This document shows positions 10,557 through 19,492 of a DNA stretch of 52,450 bases, in pieces. The position numbers and the translations under genes were made by a program. Where the stretch lies: positions 1 through 52,450 of the forward strand of contig JAZRYT010000069.1 of the NCBI GenBank assembly GCA_045600905.1, given 5' to 3'. Source of the DNA: Bacteroidales bacterium (GTDB lineage Bacteria > Bacteroidota > Bacteroidia > Bacteroidales > WCHB1-69). Within the stretch, counting starts at the first letter, position 1, and every line of letters starts with the position of its first letter. Below the pieces are notes generated by a model. The model was not told the origin of the DNA. It ran no database searches and saw nothing but the letters and a program-made list of their open reading frames with translations.

Positions 10557-10561
10557 ATCGG

Positions 10562-11464
10562 TTAATTTTCAACAATTATTTTATTATTATGGCAAATCAG
10601 CCGCATTTCGCAGCCCATACGGATGGCACGATTGTCGGGCAGATGTCCGGCCGGGAAATTGAAAAACAACGGAAAATCATATTGGGCAGCGTGCTCCGCG
10701 ACAATTTCCTCCGCATTTTTCCCAAATGGTATGGCATTATCGTGCATATCGCTAAGATGTCCGACCACAAGCGCCGCCAGGTTTTTAAATTTTCCATTGC
10801 GCTCAATATTGGCCATCATTCTATCTATGTGATACAAATACTCATCCAAATCTTCTATAAAAAGAATTTTACCCGCAGTATCCACATCGGACGGGGAACC
10901 CAACAGCGAATATATCATCGAGATATTGCCACCGACGACAGGCGCACAGACTTCCTGCGGTCTATTAAAAGGATGCGCTGGAATCTCATACTGAAGCCTT
11001 TCGCCCTTCAACGCGGCAACGAATGTTCGATTGGCATTCGTATCATATTGGTTTTCATGCACATTGATTGGCATTGTGGCGTGCAATGTGGCGATGTTAT
11101 AATTTCTGTGTATGTGGGAATGAAAAACCGTCACGTCGCTATAGCCGGCAATCCATTTGGGATTTTTAACAAAAGTGGAGAAGTCCAGTTTGTCGATAAT
11201 GCGCACGGAGCCGTAGCCCCCGCGGGCACACCAAATGGCCTTCACGCTCGGATTATCCAACAAATCCTGAAAATATGCGGCACGGATATCGTCATTGCCG
11301 GCGAACTGATGTTCTTCCGCAAAGAGCCGTTCGTCATAATAAACGTTAAAACCGGCCTGGCGCAACAGCTCTTCTGCCGGTGCGATTTCCGTTTTGGAAA
11401 TCTTGCGGGCAGGAGCGGCTATCGCCACCGTGTCACCATTATGAAGATACTCCGGAATTATCAT
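10562..11464 (-). CDS. LD-carboxypeptidase, peptidase family S66
   Basis: ARGGYGS, GYSDVT (Ser), ILFIED (Glu), PAGH (His). Confidence 0.92.
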   Translation of the reverse strand: MIIPEYLHNGDTVAIAAPARKISKTEIAPAEELLRQAGFNVYYDERLFAEEHQFAGNDDIRAAYFQDLLDNPSVKAIWCARGGYGSVRIIDKLDFSTFVKNPKWIAGYSDVTVFHSHIHRNYNIATLHATMPINVHENQYDTNANRTFVAALKGERLQYEIPAHPFNRPQEVCAPVVGGNISMIYSLLGSPSDVDTAGKILFIEDLDEYLYHIDRMMANIERNGKFKNLAALVVGHLSDMHDNAIPFGKNAEEIVAEHAAQYDFPLFFNFPAGHLPDNRAIRMGCEMRLICHNNKIIVEN

Positions 11465-12312
11465 AATTCTATATGGTTGCGTTTCAAAGCCTGAGCAGTA
11501 ATCTCACGCAGATATTCTCTCTCCTTTACATTATTGTAGAAACGTTTGCTATGTTTCTTGACCTTTTTTTTCTTAAAATAGCATCCTGTAATGCCTTCAA
11601 ACTCCGGATTCAAAGCGGCCGCCAACATCGTAGCGGCACCCTCTTCGGGGGTATTGATGAGCGGACGGAAAAGCCAATCGCAGAGCTTGTCTATCACAAT
11701 ATTGCCTTGGCGGATAATACCCGTACTGACAATATCAGGGTCTGCCACATTGATGCAGATGCCGCGCTTTTTCCACTCTTCTGCCACATCCAACATAAAA
11801 TAATAGAGCGCACGTTTGGAATTGCCATACGTGGTAAAGCGATTGAATTTCTTGTCGTTAGTTTCAGAAAGAAAATCCTCTTTGATCTTGCCCATAATAT
11901 AGGCAATGGAAATCATACTGACCACGCGTGTGCCTTCACCCATAATAGGGAGCAGCGCATTGGTTAACGTATAGTGTCCCAAGTAATTGACAGCAGCCGT
12001 ATATTCCACGCCGTTGACGCTGTTTTTGGCGCGGTGGCACAACACGCCGGCATTATTCAAAAGTATTTGAAGAGAGTTGAATTGGGCTTTGACTTCATTA
12101 GCGAAACGAATAATGTCATTCAGATTTCCCAAATCGACCTGCATCAGATGCAATGTCGCGCCGGTCTCATTTTTTATTTTCTCGTATGTGGGGCGTGCCA
12201 CTTCTATATCGTAGCAAGCCATAATGACTTCGTAACCAGCCTGCGCCAGCGTACGCGTATGCACGGTGCCCATTCCGCCGTCGGCACCCGTGACAAGTGC
12301 AAGTCTATTCAT
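11461..12312 (-). CDS. SDR family oxidoreductase (retinol dehydrogenase-like)
   Basis: VTGADGGMG, NNAG, YGNSK catalytic motif. Confidence 0.9.
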   Translation of the reverse strand: MNRLALVTGADGGMGTVHTRTLAQAGYEVIMACYDIEVARPTYEKIKNETGATLHLMQVDLGNLNDIIRFANEVKAQFNSLQILLNNAGVLCHRAKNSVNGVEYTAAVNYLGHYTLTNALLPIMGEGTRVVSMISIAYIMGKIKEDFLSETNDKKFNRFTTYGNSKRALYYFMLDVAEEWKKRGICINVADPDIVSTGIIRQGNIVIDKLCDWLFRPLINTPEEGAATMLAAALNPEFEGITGCYFKKKKVKKHSKRFYNNVKEREYLREITAQALKRNHIEL

Positions 12313-14122
12313 TTTTCTTCTTGTTTAGTTCGTCTTCTTTTTGTTCTTTATTAGTGTAATTGTAGATATCTCTGCAAAGCGCTTCGTACTTCTTCAGCAC
12401 CACGGCACGTTTGAGTTTCAGCGTCGGGCTCAGCTCGCCAGTTTGCGGGGTCCACTCCTCACCCACCAAACGGATTCGATGGATACGTTCGTGCTCGGCA
12501 AGACCCACATTGATTTTTTCAACCTCTTCCTGCACACGCTTTTGGACTTCCGGAATCTGGACCATTTCAGCATTATTGTTATAATGTATCTTATGCTTGA
12601 CGCACCAGAAATGCAGGGTGTCAAAATTAGGGACAATGATGGCGGAGGCGAACTTCTCACTGGCACCTATCACCATACAGTTATTTATATAATCAGATTC
12701 GTTGAGTTTGTTTTCCAAGACCTGCGGGGCGATATACTTACCGGTGGAGAGTTTGAAAATCTCCTTCTTTCGGTCCGTGATTTTCAAATATTTACCGTCA
12801 ATCATCGTACCGATGTCGCCCGTGTGGAACCAACCTTCCTCATCAATCACCTGCTTGGTATATTCGGGATCTTTGTAATAGCCCTTCATCAGGCAGTCGC
12901 CTTTGGTAAGGATTTCACCATCGTCGGCCAATTTGAATTCGATACAGGACATAATTTCACCGACCGTTCCAATCTTGAAAATATTTTTGATAGGGTTGTT
13001 AACGGCGATCACAGGCGATGTTTCGGTCATACCATAGCCTTCGAAGACGCGCAATTTGGCTGCGGAGAAGAGGCGGATGATACGTTCCTGGATGGAAGAG
13101 CCGCCGGACACCACAATCATCGGGTTGCCTCCAAAGGCCTCGCGCCATTTGGAATACACCAGATAATCGGCCAACTGCATCTTTTTAACATAGAACCAGT
13201 TGTGGTTTTCATAATCAAACTGCGTGGCTAAGCGGAAAGCCCAGAAGTAAATCTGTTTTTGCAAGCCCTTCATATCCTTTCCAGCCGTATAAAGCTTGTC
13301 GAACATCATTTCCAAAACGCGCGGCACGGCGCAGAAGCCCACGGCGTGGATATCCTTTAAGTCTTTGGCTATCGTACTAAGGGAGGCCGCATAATAGAGG
13401 CTGGCGCCCAATATCTGGTAATGGTAGTTGATGACTCTTTCATAGACGTGACACAACGGCAGAAAACTGAGGATGTTGCCGGTGTGGTCGTTAATCTGCA
13501 TGGTGGAAAGCGTATAGGCATTCGTCACGAAATTCTTATGCGAAAGCATCACGCCTTTGGGACGGCCCGTGGTTCCTGATGTATAGATAATGGTTGCCAC
13601 CTCTTCGGGATCCATTTCCTTTTTGATGCGTTCCACTTCGGGCATCCACTTCTCACGAGTATCTCTGCCCAACTGCAGGAGTTCCCTGTAATTACGCTGT
13701 CCCTCAATTTCCGCGATAGTGAACACCAGCGGATTCAAAGTCAGATTCGGGAATGCGGGAGACACACGCTTGTAGATAGCCTCTATACCGATAACGATGC
13801 ATTTGGCATCAGAATGATTGAGTATGTAGGTATAATCGTCAGCGGAAAGTGTTGGATAGACGGGCACGTGTACCATTCCGGCCATCATAATGCCCATATC
13901 CATAAAGTTCCATTCGGGACGGTTGTTCATAATCGTCGCCACCTTGTCGCCTTTTTGAAGACCGAGTTCCAAAAGTGCGCAGGCAATGGAGTGGGAAATC
14001 TCTATATATTCATCAACGCTGTATTTGCGCCATTTTCCATTCTCTTTACCACAGAGGATGTCGTTCTTTCTGTATTTTTCCTTGAGAATGTCAAGTATAT
14101 CAAAAAGTCGGGTTATTTTCAT
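12305..14122 (-). CDS. Long-chain fatty acid--CoA ligase
   Basis: IYTSGTTGRPKG, EGYGMTE, WFHTGDIG, ITDRKKE. Confidence 0.93.
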   Translation of the reverse strand: MKITRLFDILDILKEKYRKNDILCGKENGKWRKYSVDEYIEISHSIACALLELGLQKGDKVATIMNNRPEWNFMDMGIMMAGMVHVPVYPTLSADDYTYILNHSDAKCIVIGIEAIYKRVSPAFPNLTLNPLVFTIAEIEGQRNYRELLQLGRDTREKWMPEVERIKKEMDPEEVATIIYTSGTTGRPKGVMLSHKNFVTNAYTLSTMQINDHTGNILSFLPLCHVYERVINYHYQILGASLYYAASLSTIAKDLKDIHAVGFCAVPRVLEMMFDKLYTAGKDMKGLQKQIYFWAFRLATQFDYENHNWFYVKKMQLADYLVYSKWREAFGGNPMIVVSGGSSIQERIIRLFSAAKLRVFEGYGMTETSPVIAVNNPIKNIFKIGTVGEIMSCIEFKLADDGEILTKGDCLMKGYYKDPEYTKQVIDEEGWFHTGDIGTMIDGKYLKITDRKKEIFKLSTGKYIAPQVLENKLNESDYINNCMVIGASEKFASAIIVPNFDTLHFWCVKHKIHYNNNAEMVQIPEVQKRVQEEVEKINVGLAEHERIHRIRLVGEEWTPQTGELSPTLKLKRAVVLKKYEALCRDIYNYTNKEQKEDELNKKKNE

Positions 14123-14177
14123 AATCTGGGTTTTTCAAAATTACAAACGTAGCAAGATGCGTTTACAAAAATCTTTT

Positions 14178-15581
14178 TTATCTGAGTTCCAGTTTTACGA
14201 CGTTTTCAACGTGCTGTGTGTGCGGGAACATATCGACAGGTTGTACGGCGACGACCTTGTATTTCTCGTTCAGCAGCGTCAGGTCGCGAGCCTGTGTTGC
14301 AGGATTACAGCTCACATAGACAATGCGCGGCACCTCCAATTTGAGGAGTTGCTCAATCACATTGGGATGCATACCGGCGCGTGGGGGATCGGAAATGACC
14401 ACATCCGGTTTGCCGTGCTTCTTGATAAAGCTGTCCGTGAAAATCTTGGCCATATCGCCAACCAGGAACTCCGTATTGTCGATATTGTTCTGCGCCGAAT
14501 TAATCTTTGCGTCTGCCACAGCGGTATCCACATACTCAATTCCCACCACCCGCTTGGCCTGGTGCGCCACAAAATTGGCAATAGTGCCCGTTCCCGTGAA
14601 CAAGTCGTAAACCACATCATCGGGTTGAATGGCCGCAAACTCGCGCGCCACCTTGTATAAATTGTATGCCTGCTGGCTGTTCGTCTGATAGAACGATTTC
14701 GGGCCGACCTTGAATTTAAGGCCTTCCATCTCTTCCATAATGTAATCCTGTCCTTTGAAAAGATGGAACGGCAAGTCGAAAATGGCATCATTCATCTTCG
14801 TATTAATGACATACACCAAAGAAGTGATTTCCGGGAAACGGTCGGCGATTGCCTGCAGAAGGCCTTTGGATCCCTCGTTAAGCTCTGTGATGACGACTAC
14901 GAGCATAATGTCGCCCGTGGAAGCCGTGCGGGTGATGATGTTGCGCAGAAGCCCTACCTGCTCACGCGGATTGTAGAACTCCAAGTCGTGTTCCATCGCG
15001 TAGGCGCGACAGAAAAGACGGATGTCGTTACTGGGTGCATCCTGCAGCCAGCAATGCTCAATATCAAGCACCTTGTCGAACATACCCGGCACGTGAAAGC
15101 CCAAACAACGCTGTTCGTAAAACTCTCCATCCTCGTACTTTTTCAGATCCTCGTATGAGAGCCACTTCATCGTGGAAAAGGTGTATTCCAATTTGTTACG
15201 ATAATAATATTGCTTTTCAGAACCTATGATGGGCATCAAATCCGGAAACTCGAATTTTCCCAAATGACGGAAGTTGTCTTCAACTTGTTTCTGCTTGAAA
15301 GCCAATTGTTTGTCATAAGAAAGCATTTGCCATTTGCAACCGCCGCAATTCCCGAAATGGGCACAGGGAGGAACCACACGATCAGGTGACGGTGTGCGGA
15401 TAGCCAAGAGGTTAGCTTCGGCATAGCCGTGTTTGCGTTTGTAGATTTCCACATCCACAAAGTCACCGGGCACGGCATACGGCACAAAAATGGTCAGTCC
15501 GTCCAATTTGGCAACTGCCTTGCCTTCCGCACCAGCAGATAGAATTTCCAGATTTTCAATAGTATATCGTTTAAATGCCAT
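14178..15581 (-). CDS. rlmD: 23S rRNA (uracil-C5)-methyltransferase RlmD
   Basis: TRAM domain, CGGCKWQ Fe-S motif, SFYQTN, DPPRAG, YVSCNPAT, DMFPHT. Confidence 0.93.
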   Translation of the reverse strand: MAFKRYTIENLEILSAGAEGKAVAKLDGLTIFVPYAVPGDFVDVEIYKRKHGYAEANLLAIRTPSPDRVVPPCAHFGNCGGCKWQMLSYDKQLAFKQKQVEDNFRHLGKFEFPDLMPIIGSEKQYYYRNKLEYTFSTMKWLSYEDLKKYEDGEFYEQRCLGFHVPGMFDKVLDIEHCWLQDAPSNDIRLFCRAYAMEHDLEFYNPREQVGLLRNIITRTASTGDIMLVVVITELNEGSKGLLQAIADRFPEITSLVYVINTKMNDAIFDLPFHLFKGQDYIMEEMEGLKFKVGPKSFYQTNSQQAYNLYKVAREFAAIQPDDVVYDLFTGTGTIANFVAHQAKRVVGIEYVDTAVADAKINSAQNNIDNTEFLVGDMAKIFTDSFIKKHGKPDVVISDPPRAGMHPNVIEQLLKLEVPRIVYVSCNPATQARDLTLLNEKYKVVAVQPVDMFPHTQHVENVVKLELR

Positions 15582-15593
15582 TCTATATTTAAA

Positions 15594-15621
15594 AGTTTAA
15601 GGGTTAAAGTTTAATGTTTAA
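15594..15621. repeat. Heptamer tandem repeat (NG[T/G]TTAA x4)
   Basis: agtttaa gggttaa agtttaa tgtttaa between nadD and rlmD. Confidence 0.65.
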
Positions 15622-15633
15622 AAGTGGATGATT

Positions 15634-16209
15634 CTATCTATAAAATCCCATTTCATCAATGTATTGAAAGACTTTGGGCGGGAGCATATAGCGTACAGAC
15701 ATTTTCTGCCGGATGCTTTCCCGAATCATCGTGGAAGAAAGTTCCATTTGAGGTGCATCCACAAACGTCACGTGGGGATGACTTTTCCTTTCAGCCGCAT
15801 CATAACCGGGACGAGGATAAACGTACAAGTGGTAGTTATCCAAAATCCAATCGTAATTGAGCCACTTTTCAAAAGTCTGCAGATTGTCCTCACCCATAAT
15901 CAACGCAAATTCACGTTGCGGGAATTTTTCCTGCAAATGCACCAACGTATGGCAAGTGTAGGAAGGCTGCGGCAAACCGAACTCCACATCTGATGCTCTG
16001 AAACGGTCGTCATCTTCTATAGCCAAATTCACCATATAGAGACGTTGCCGGTCATCAAGCAATGACGACTTCTTCTTTAAAGGATTACAGGGAGACACAA
16101 CGAACCAAATCTCTTGTAAATCAGAGTGTTCAAGCATATACTCTGCAATGACGAGATGCCCGATATGGATAGGGTTGAACGATCCGAAGTAGAGACCTGT
16201 TTTGTGCAT
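15634..16209 (-). CDS. nadD: Nicotinate-nucleotide adenylyltransferase
   Basis: FGSFNPIHIGH, LIMGEDN, LSSTMIR; start at 16209 or 16215, downstream of a TACTTTTG promoter motif. Confidence 0.95.
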   Translation of the reverse strand: MHKTGLYFGSFNPIHIGHLVIAEYMLEHSDLQEIWFVVSPCNPLKKKSSLLDDRQRLYMVNLAIEDDDRFRASDVEFGLPQPSYTCHTLVHLQEKFPQREFALIMGEDNLQTFEKWLNYDWILDNYHLYVYPRPGYDAAERKSHPHVTFVDAPQMELSSTMIRESIRQKMSVRYMLPPKVFQYIDEMGFYR

Positions 16210-16310
16210 AAGCATTTTTTCTAAAAGTCGGCAAAAGTACAAAAAAAGTGTAAAAGGAAGAAAGGTTAATAGTGAATGAAAATAGAGATTCATCACTACT
16301 CTTTTAATTC

Positions 16311-17966
16311 TTAATTCTTAATTTTGCTTACGCTCATCGGTTTGCTGTTCACTGCGCGGCATATTTCATTATCCACGCATAACACAAAGGGCACGTCAGG
16401 TAAGAGCTTTGTCTTCGTGGTAAAACTGACTTTCCCTCCGGCAGGGATGACCAAGCCTTCCGGAACGGGGCAATTCATAATCACGTAATGCTCAAGCAAA
16501 TAGGCCAGCAACAAGGTCGTTGCAAATTCAGGATGGTGGAAGTCGAACGGCACGGAATAGGGATTAGCCATCGTCAAATCCAAAATCAACGTATCATTTG
16601 CAACATCGTACTGATTTACGGTTATTTCAATCCGATTGGTTCCTTGAAAGGAATTGTATTTGCGAACAAAAAACGGCCCATCGCTACCCGCGTCAACCTC
16701 GCAGACACCGGCTATCTTCCATTCTTTCAGATTCTTCCCGATAGCGGAAACCGGCTTTCCCTGCAACTCCTTATCCCACTGCCAAATATCATACTGTGTC
16801 CGCCGTCCATACACAGAACTCAGAACCACGGACGGCCGAGCCGTGTAATAACTGTACAGAGCGGGTTCCTGGAAGGAATTGAGGAATACCACAGGCGTGT
16901 CACCACAATACTGATGAACAGCCTCCATTTTCTGATGCTGTTTAAACGCCCCAACACTCGGGATTGAGAGAACAGGCAGCACAACCCGCGCCAAAAGCAT
17001 CAGCAAGGCAACCGGCAATATGCCATAACGGAGCCACTTGCGCCAACGCAACTCCTGCAACTGATTGGATAGCAATAAAATCATTGGTATGGAAGCAGTC
17101 GTCGTCCAATGCGGCTCAGCGTGACCTTTCAAGGTCATCAACCAGAAAAAGAAGACGAAACCTACCATTGTATAAAGACAGAATTTTTCAAAAAGATTTT
17201 CCGTCTTACGCTTTTTCCAACAGAAAAAGAGCGCCAATCCAAGGCATACAGGATTGAAAACCATCAGCTGGTTGGGCCAATATTCCAACAGATATTTAAT
17301 GGAAAATCCTTCATTTCTTCCCATCAAATGATATTGCATACTTGGGAATCCGTTTCTATATTGCCAAAGAAGGTGAGGGACAAACAACAGTGCCGCCAGC
17401 AGTCCGGCGATCCATATTTTAGGGTCTTTTAACACTTTCCAATTGGACAAAAGAAGACAGGCAAGCACCAAAACCGCCATATATTTGCTGTACAGCATAC
17501 ACGCCAAGACCACCCCCAATCCAAATGCGATGCACCAGGAATTTCCCTCCAAGTATTTTTCATACAGGAAAAAAAATAGCGCAGCAAAAAACAGCAGCGG
17601 AGCGTCGGGCGTGGTAATCACACCGTAGGCAGAAAACATAATCATTGAAAAAGAGACGATGAAAAAGACTTTTACCGAATGGGAATCTTCCTCTTTCATT
17701 GACAATGTTCTCCATAACAGCCAGACTGTGGCGCCGTGCAACAAGACGGTCAGGAATCGGATGGATAGAGAGCCCTTGAATAACAGGCTGCTAAAAAACG
17801 TTAACAGCGCCACCATCGGCGGATGATCATAATAGCCCCAATCCAAAAACTTTCCATACATCGCATAATAAACCTCGTCCGGATGAACGGGAACGGAGAT
17901 TGCCACAAACAAGTCGAGCAACATCCACGCAATCAGCAAAATATAGAATAGTCTCTTTGATTTCAT
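16311..17966 (-). CDS. ArnT/PMT-like integral membrane glycosyltransferase (GT-C fold)
   Basis: DEVYY, GYYDHPPMVA, TPDAPLLFF, SKY motifs, many TMs; start MKSKRLF after TAGTTTTG promoter motif. Confidence 0.85.
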   Translation of the reverse strand: MKSKRLFYILLIAWMLLDLFVAISVPVHPDEVYYAMYGKFLDWGYYDHPPMVALLTFFSSLLFKGSLSIRFLTVLLHGATVWLLWRTLSMKEEDSHSVKVFFIVSFSMIMFSAYGVITTPDAPLLFFAALFFFLYEKYLEGNSWCIAFGLGVVLACMLYSKYMAVLVLACLLLSNWKVLKDPKIWIAGLLAALLFVPHLLWQYRNGFPSMQYHLMGRNEGFSIKYLLEYWPNQLMVFNPVCLGLALFFCWKKRKTENLFEKFCLYTMVGFVFFFWLMTLKGHAEPHWTTTASIPMILLLSNQLQELRWRKWLRYGILPVALLMLLARVVLPVLSIPSVGAFKQHQKMEAVHQYCGDTPVVFLNSFQEPALYSYYTARPSVVLSSVYGRRTQYDIWQWDKELQGKPVSAIGKNLKEWKIAGVCEVDAGSDGPFFVRKYNSFQGTNRIEITVNQYDVANDTLILDLTMANPYSVPFDFHHPEFATTLLLAYLLEHYVIMNCPVPEGLVIPAGGKVSFTTKTKLLPDVPFVLCVDNEICRAVNSKPMSVSKIKN

Positions 17967-18037
17967 AACGGCCGCAAAACTACATAAAAAACATTGACTT
18001 TGGCTGCCAGCTTTCAGCCGTTTAAACTTGGAACATG

Positions 18038-18094
18038 TTGTAGAGACGGTGCAGTAAAATAAATTGTAGAGACGGTGCAGTGCACCGTCTCTAC
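18038..18094. repeat. GTAG-type REP element: half copy plus a perfect palindrome with 14-bp arms
   Basis: ttgtagagacggtgcagt (18038-18055) and gtagagacggtgca-g-tgcaccgtctctac (18066-18094). Confidence 0.8.
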
Positions 18095-18178
18095 GGTGAG
18101 ATTGCAAATGGATTGGGGAATCAGGAAATATTTTGGCCCGTTTTTTTATTTTTGCATCTTCATTAAAAAACAGCAAAA

Positions 18179-19480
18179 ATGCAGGCGCAACAATTTTGGA
18201 CACGGACCTATAAGCAGAACATCGAAAAGATGATCGGGGTGTGCTATCGCTATGTTGGCGACCGTGCTCTTGCGGAAGACCTTGCGCACGAGGCGTTTTT
18301 GACCGCCATCGAAAAATCGAGAGACTACCGAAAATTGGGGAGTTTTGAAGGTTGGCTGATGAAAATAAACCTCAATACGGCTTTGCAGTATCTGCGCCAA
18401 AAGAGGAATTTTCTCCCTATCGAGGAGATGAACATCCAAGACAAGACGAATGAGGATCCGCTTCCCGGTCGAGACTTCACCCGGCAGGAAATTTTGGATG
18501 CCGTGTGCCGTCTCCCCGACCACAATCGAGCCGTCTTCAATCTGTATGTTTTTGAAAATCAAAGCCATAATCAAATAGCCAAAACATTAAACATCGGCGA
18601 GCGAAGTTCGAAGCGATATTTGTCGGAGGCGCGGACGCAACTCCAACAGATGCTGAACAAAGTCGCCCGCGACAAAAGATCACGCATTATGATACTTCTA
18701 CCCCTTATTCATAAACGGTCGCACGCCGTTGACACAATATGCCGACAGCATCTTCGGAACTTGTCCTTTGCGCCCACCACCGCGTCGCCCCTTGCAGGCA
18801 TTGACTGGGCAGGGATGCCTGCGCCCAACGGCTGGATACAGCTTTCCAACGCAAGCGTGCCTGTTTCGGCAGGCGTGGCCACCTGCGCCATCGGGAGCGC
18901 AGTCGTCTGGCAAGTTGCCCAACAGGAGCCGCAAGCGCCCACGCACGACCCCGCGCCAAATCCCGCAGAAACTGTCATTGACAGCACGGATGCGCCCACA
19001 GAAGACACCATCGCCTTCGTCGCACCGAACCAGCCAACGACGGAAACGAACGCCGTCCCAATGGATTCCTTTGAAACAACAATGCCTATAGAAACCGCAC
19101 CTGCCGTCAAAGAAGCGCCCACGCCCCCCGTTAGAACACCCAACTATTTGAAATGGGGGAAAATAACGCGCAACGGTTTTGTCGGACTAAAAGATGAAAA
19201 AGGACGCATCGTAGTCTATCCGAGATACTCCGACATCGGGCCGTTCGATGAATACCGCAAAGGTTGGGCATTGGTCAACACGTTCGGATTTTTGGGTTTC
19301 ATTGACTCCACCGGCAAAGAGGTCGTAACGCCGCAGTACGACGAAATCGGTCCGTTTGACGCCAAGCGCGAAGGGCTGGCCTACGTCCGCAAAGGGAAAT
19401 ACTACGGATATCTCAACACCAACGGCAAAGAAGTCGAGCCCGTTGCCGTTCCGGTAAATAACAAGTTCAACAACCGATAA
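18179..19480 (+). CDS. ECF RNA polymerase sigma factor with a large C-terminal extension (putative TM helix, Pro/Thr linker, WG repeats)
   Basis: Region 2 (AEDLAHEAF, SFEGWLMKI..N) and region 4 (LPDHNRAVFNL..SHNQIAKTLNI) in aa 1-160; GFIDSTGKEVVTPQYDEIGPF-type WG repeats in aa ~330-422. Confidence 0.85.
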   Translation: MQAQQFWTRTYKQNIEKMIGVCYRYVGDRALAEDLAHEAFLTAIEKSRDYRKLGSFEGWLMKINLNTALQYLRQKRNFLPIEEMNIQDKTNEDPLPGRDFTRQEILDAVCRLPDHNRAVFNLYVFENQSHNQIAKTLNIGERSSKRYLSEARTQLQQMLNKVARDKRSRIMILLPLIHKRSHAVDTICRQHLRNLSFAPTTASPLAGIDWAGMPAPNGWIQLSNASVPVSAGVATCAIGSAVVWQVAQQEPQAPTHDPAPNPAETVIDSTDAPTEDTIAFVAPNQPTTETNAVPMDSFETTMPIETAPAVKEAPTPPVRTPNYLKWGKITRNGFVGLKDEKGRIVVYPRYSDIGPFDEYRKGWALVNTFGFLGFIDSTGKEVVTPQYDEIGPFDAKREGLAYVRKGKYYGYLNTNGKEVEPVAVPVNNKFNNR

Positions 19481-19492
19481 AATTCAAGCACT

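Noticed and set aside
17967-18203. N-terminal extension of the glycosyltransferase ORF overlapping the sigma gene
   Set aside because: Runs through the REP element and promoter motifs; start at 17966 fits better
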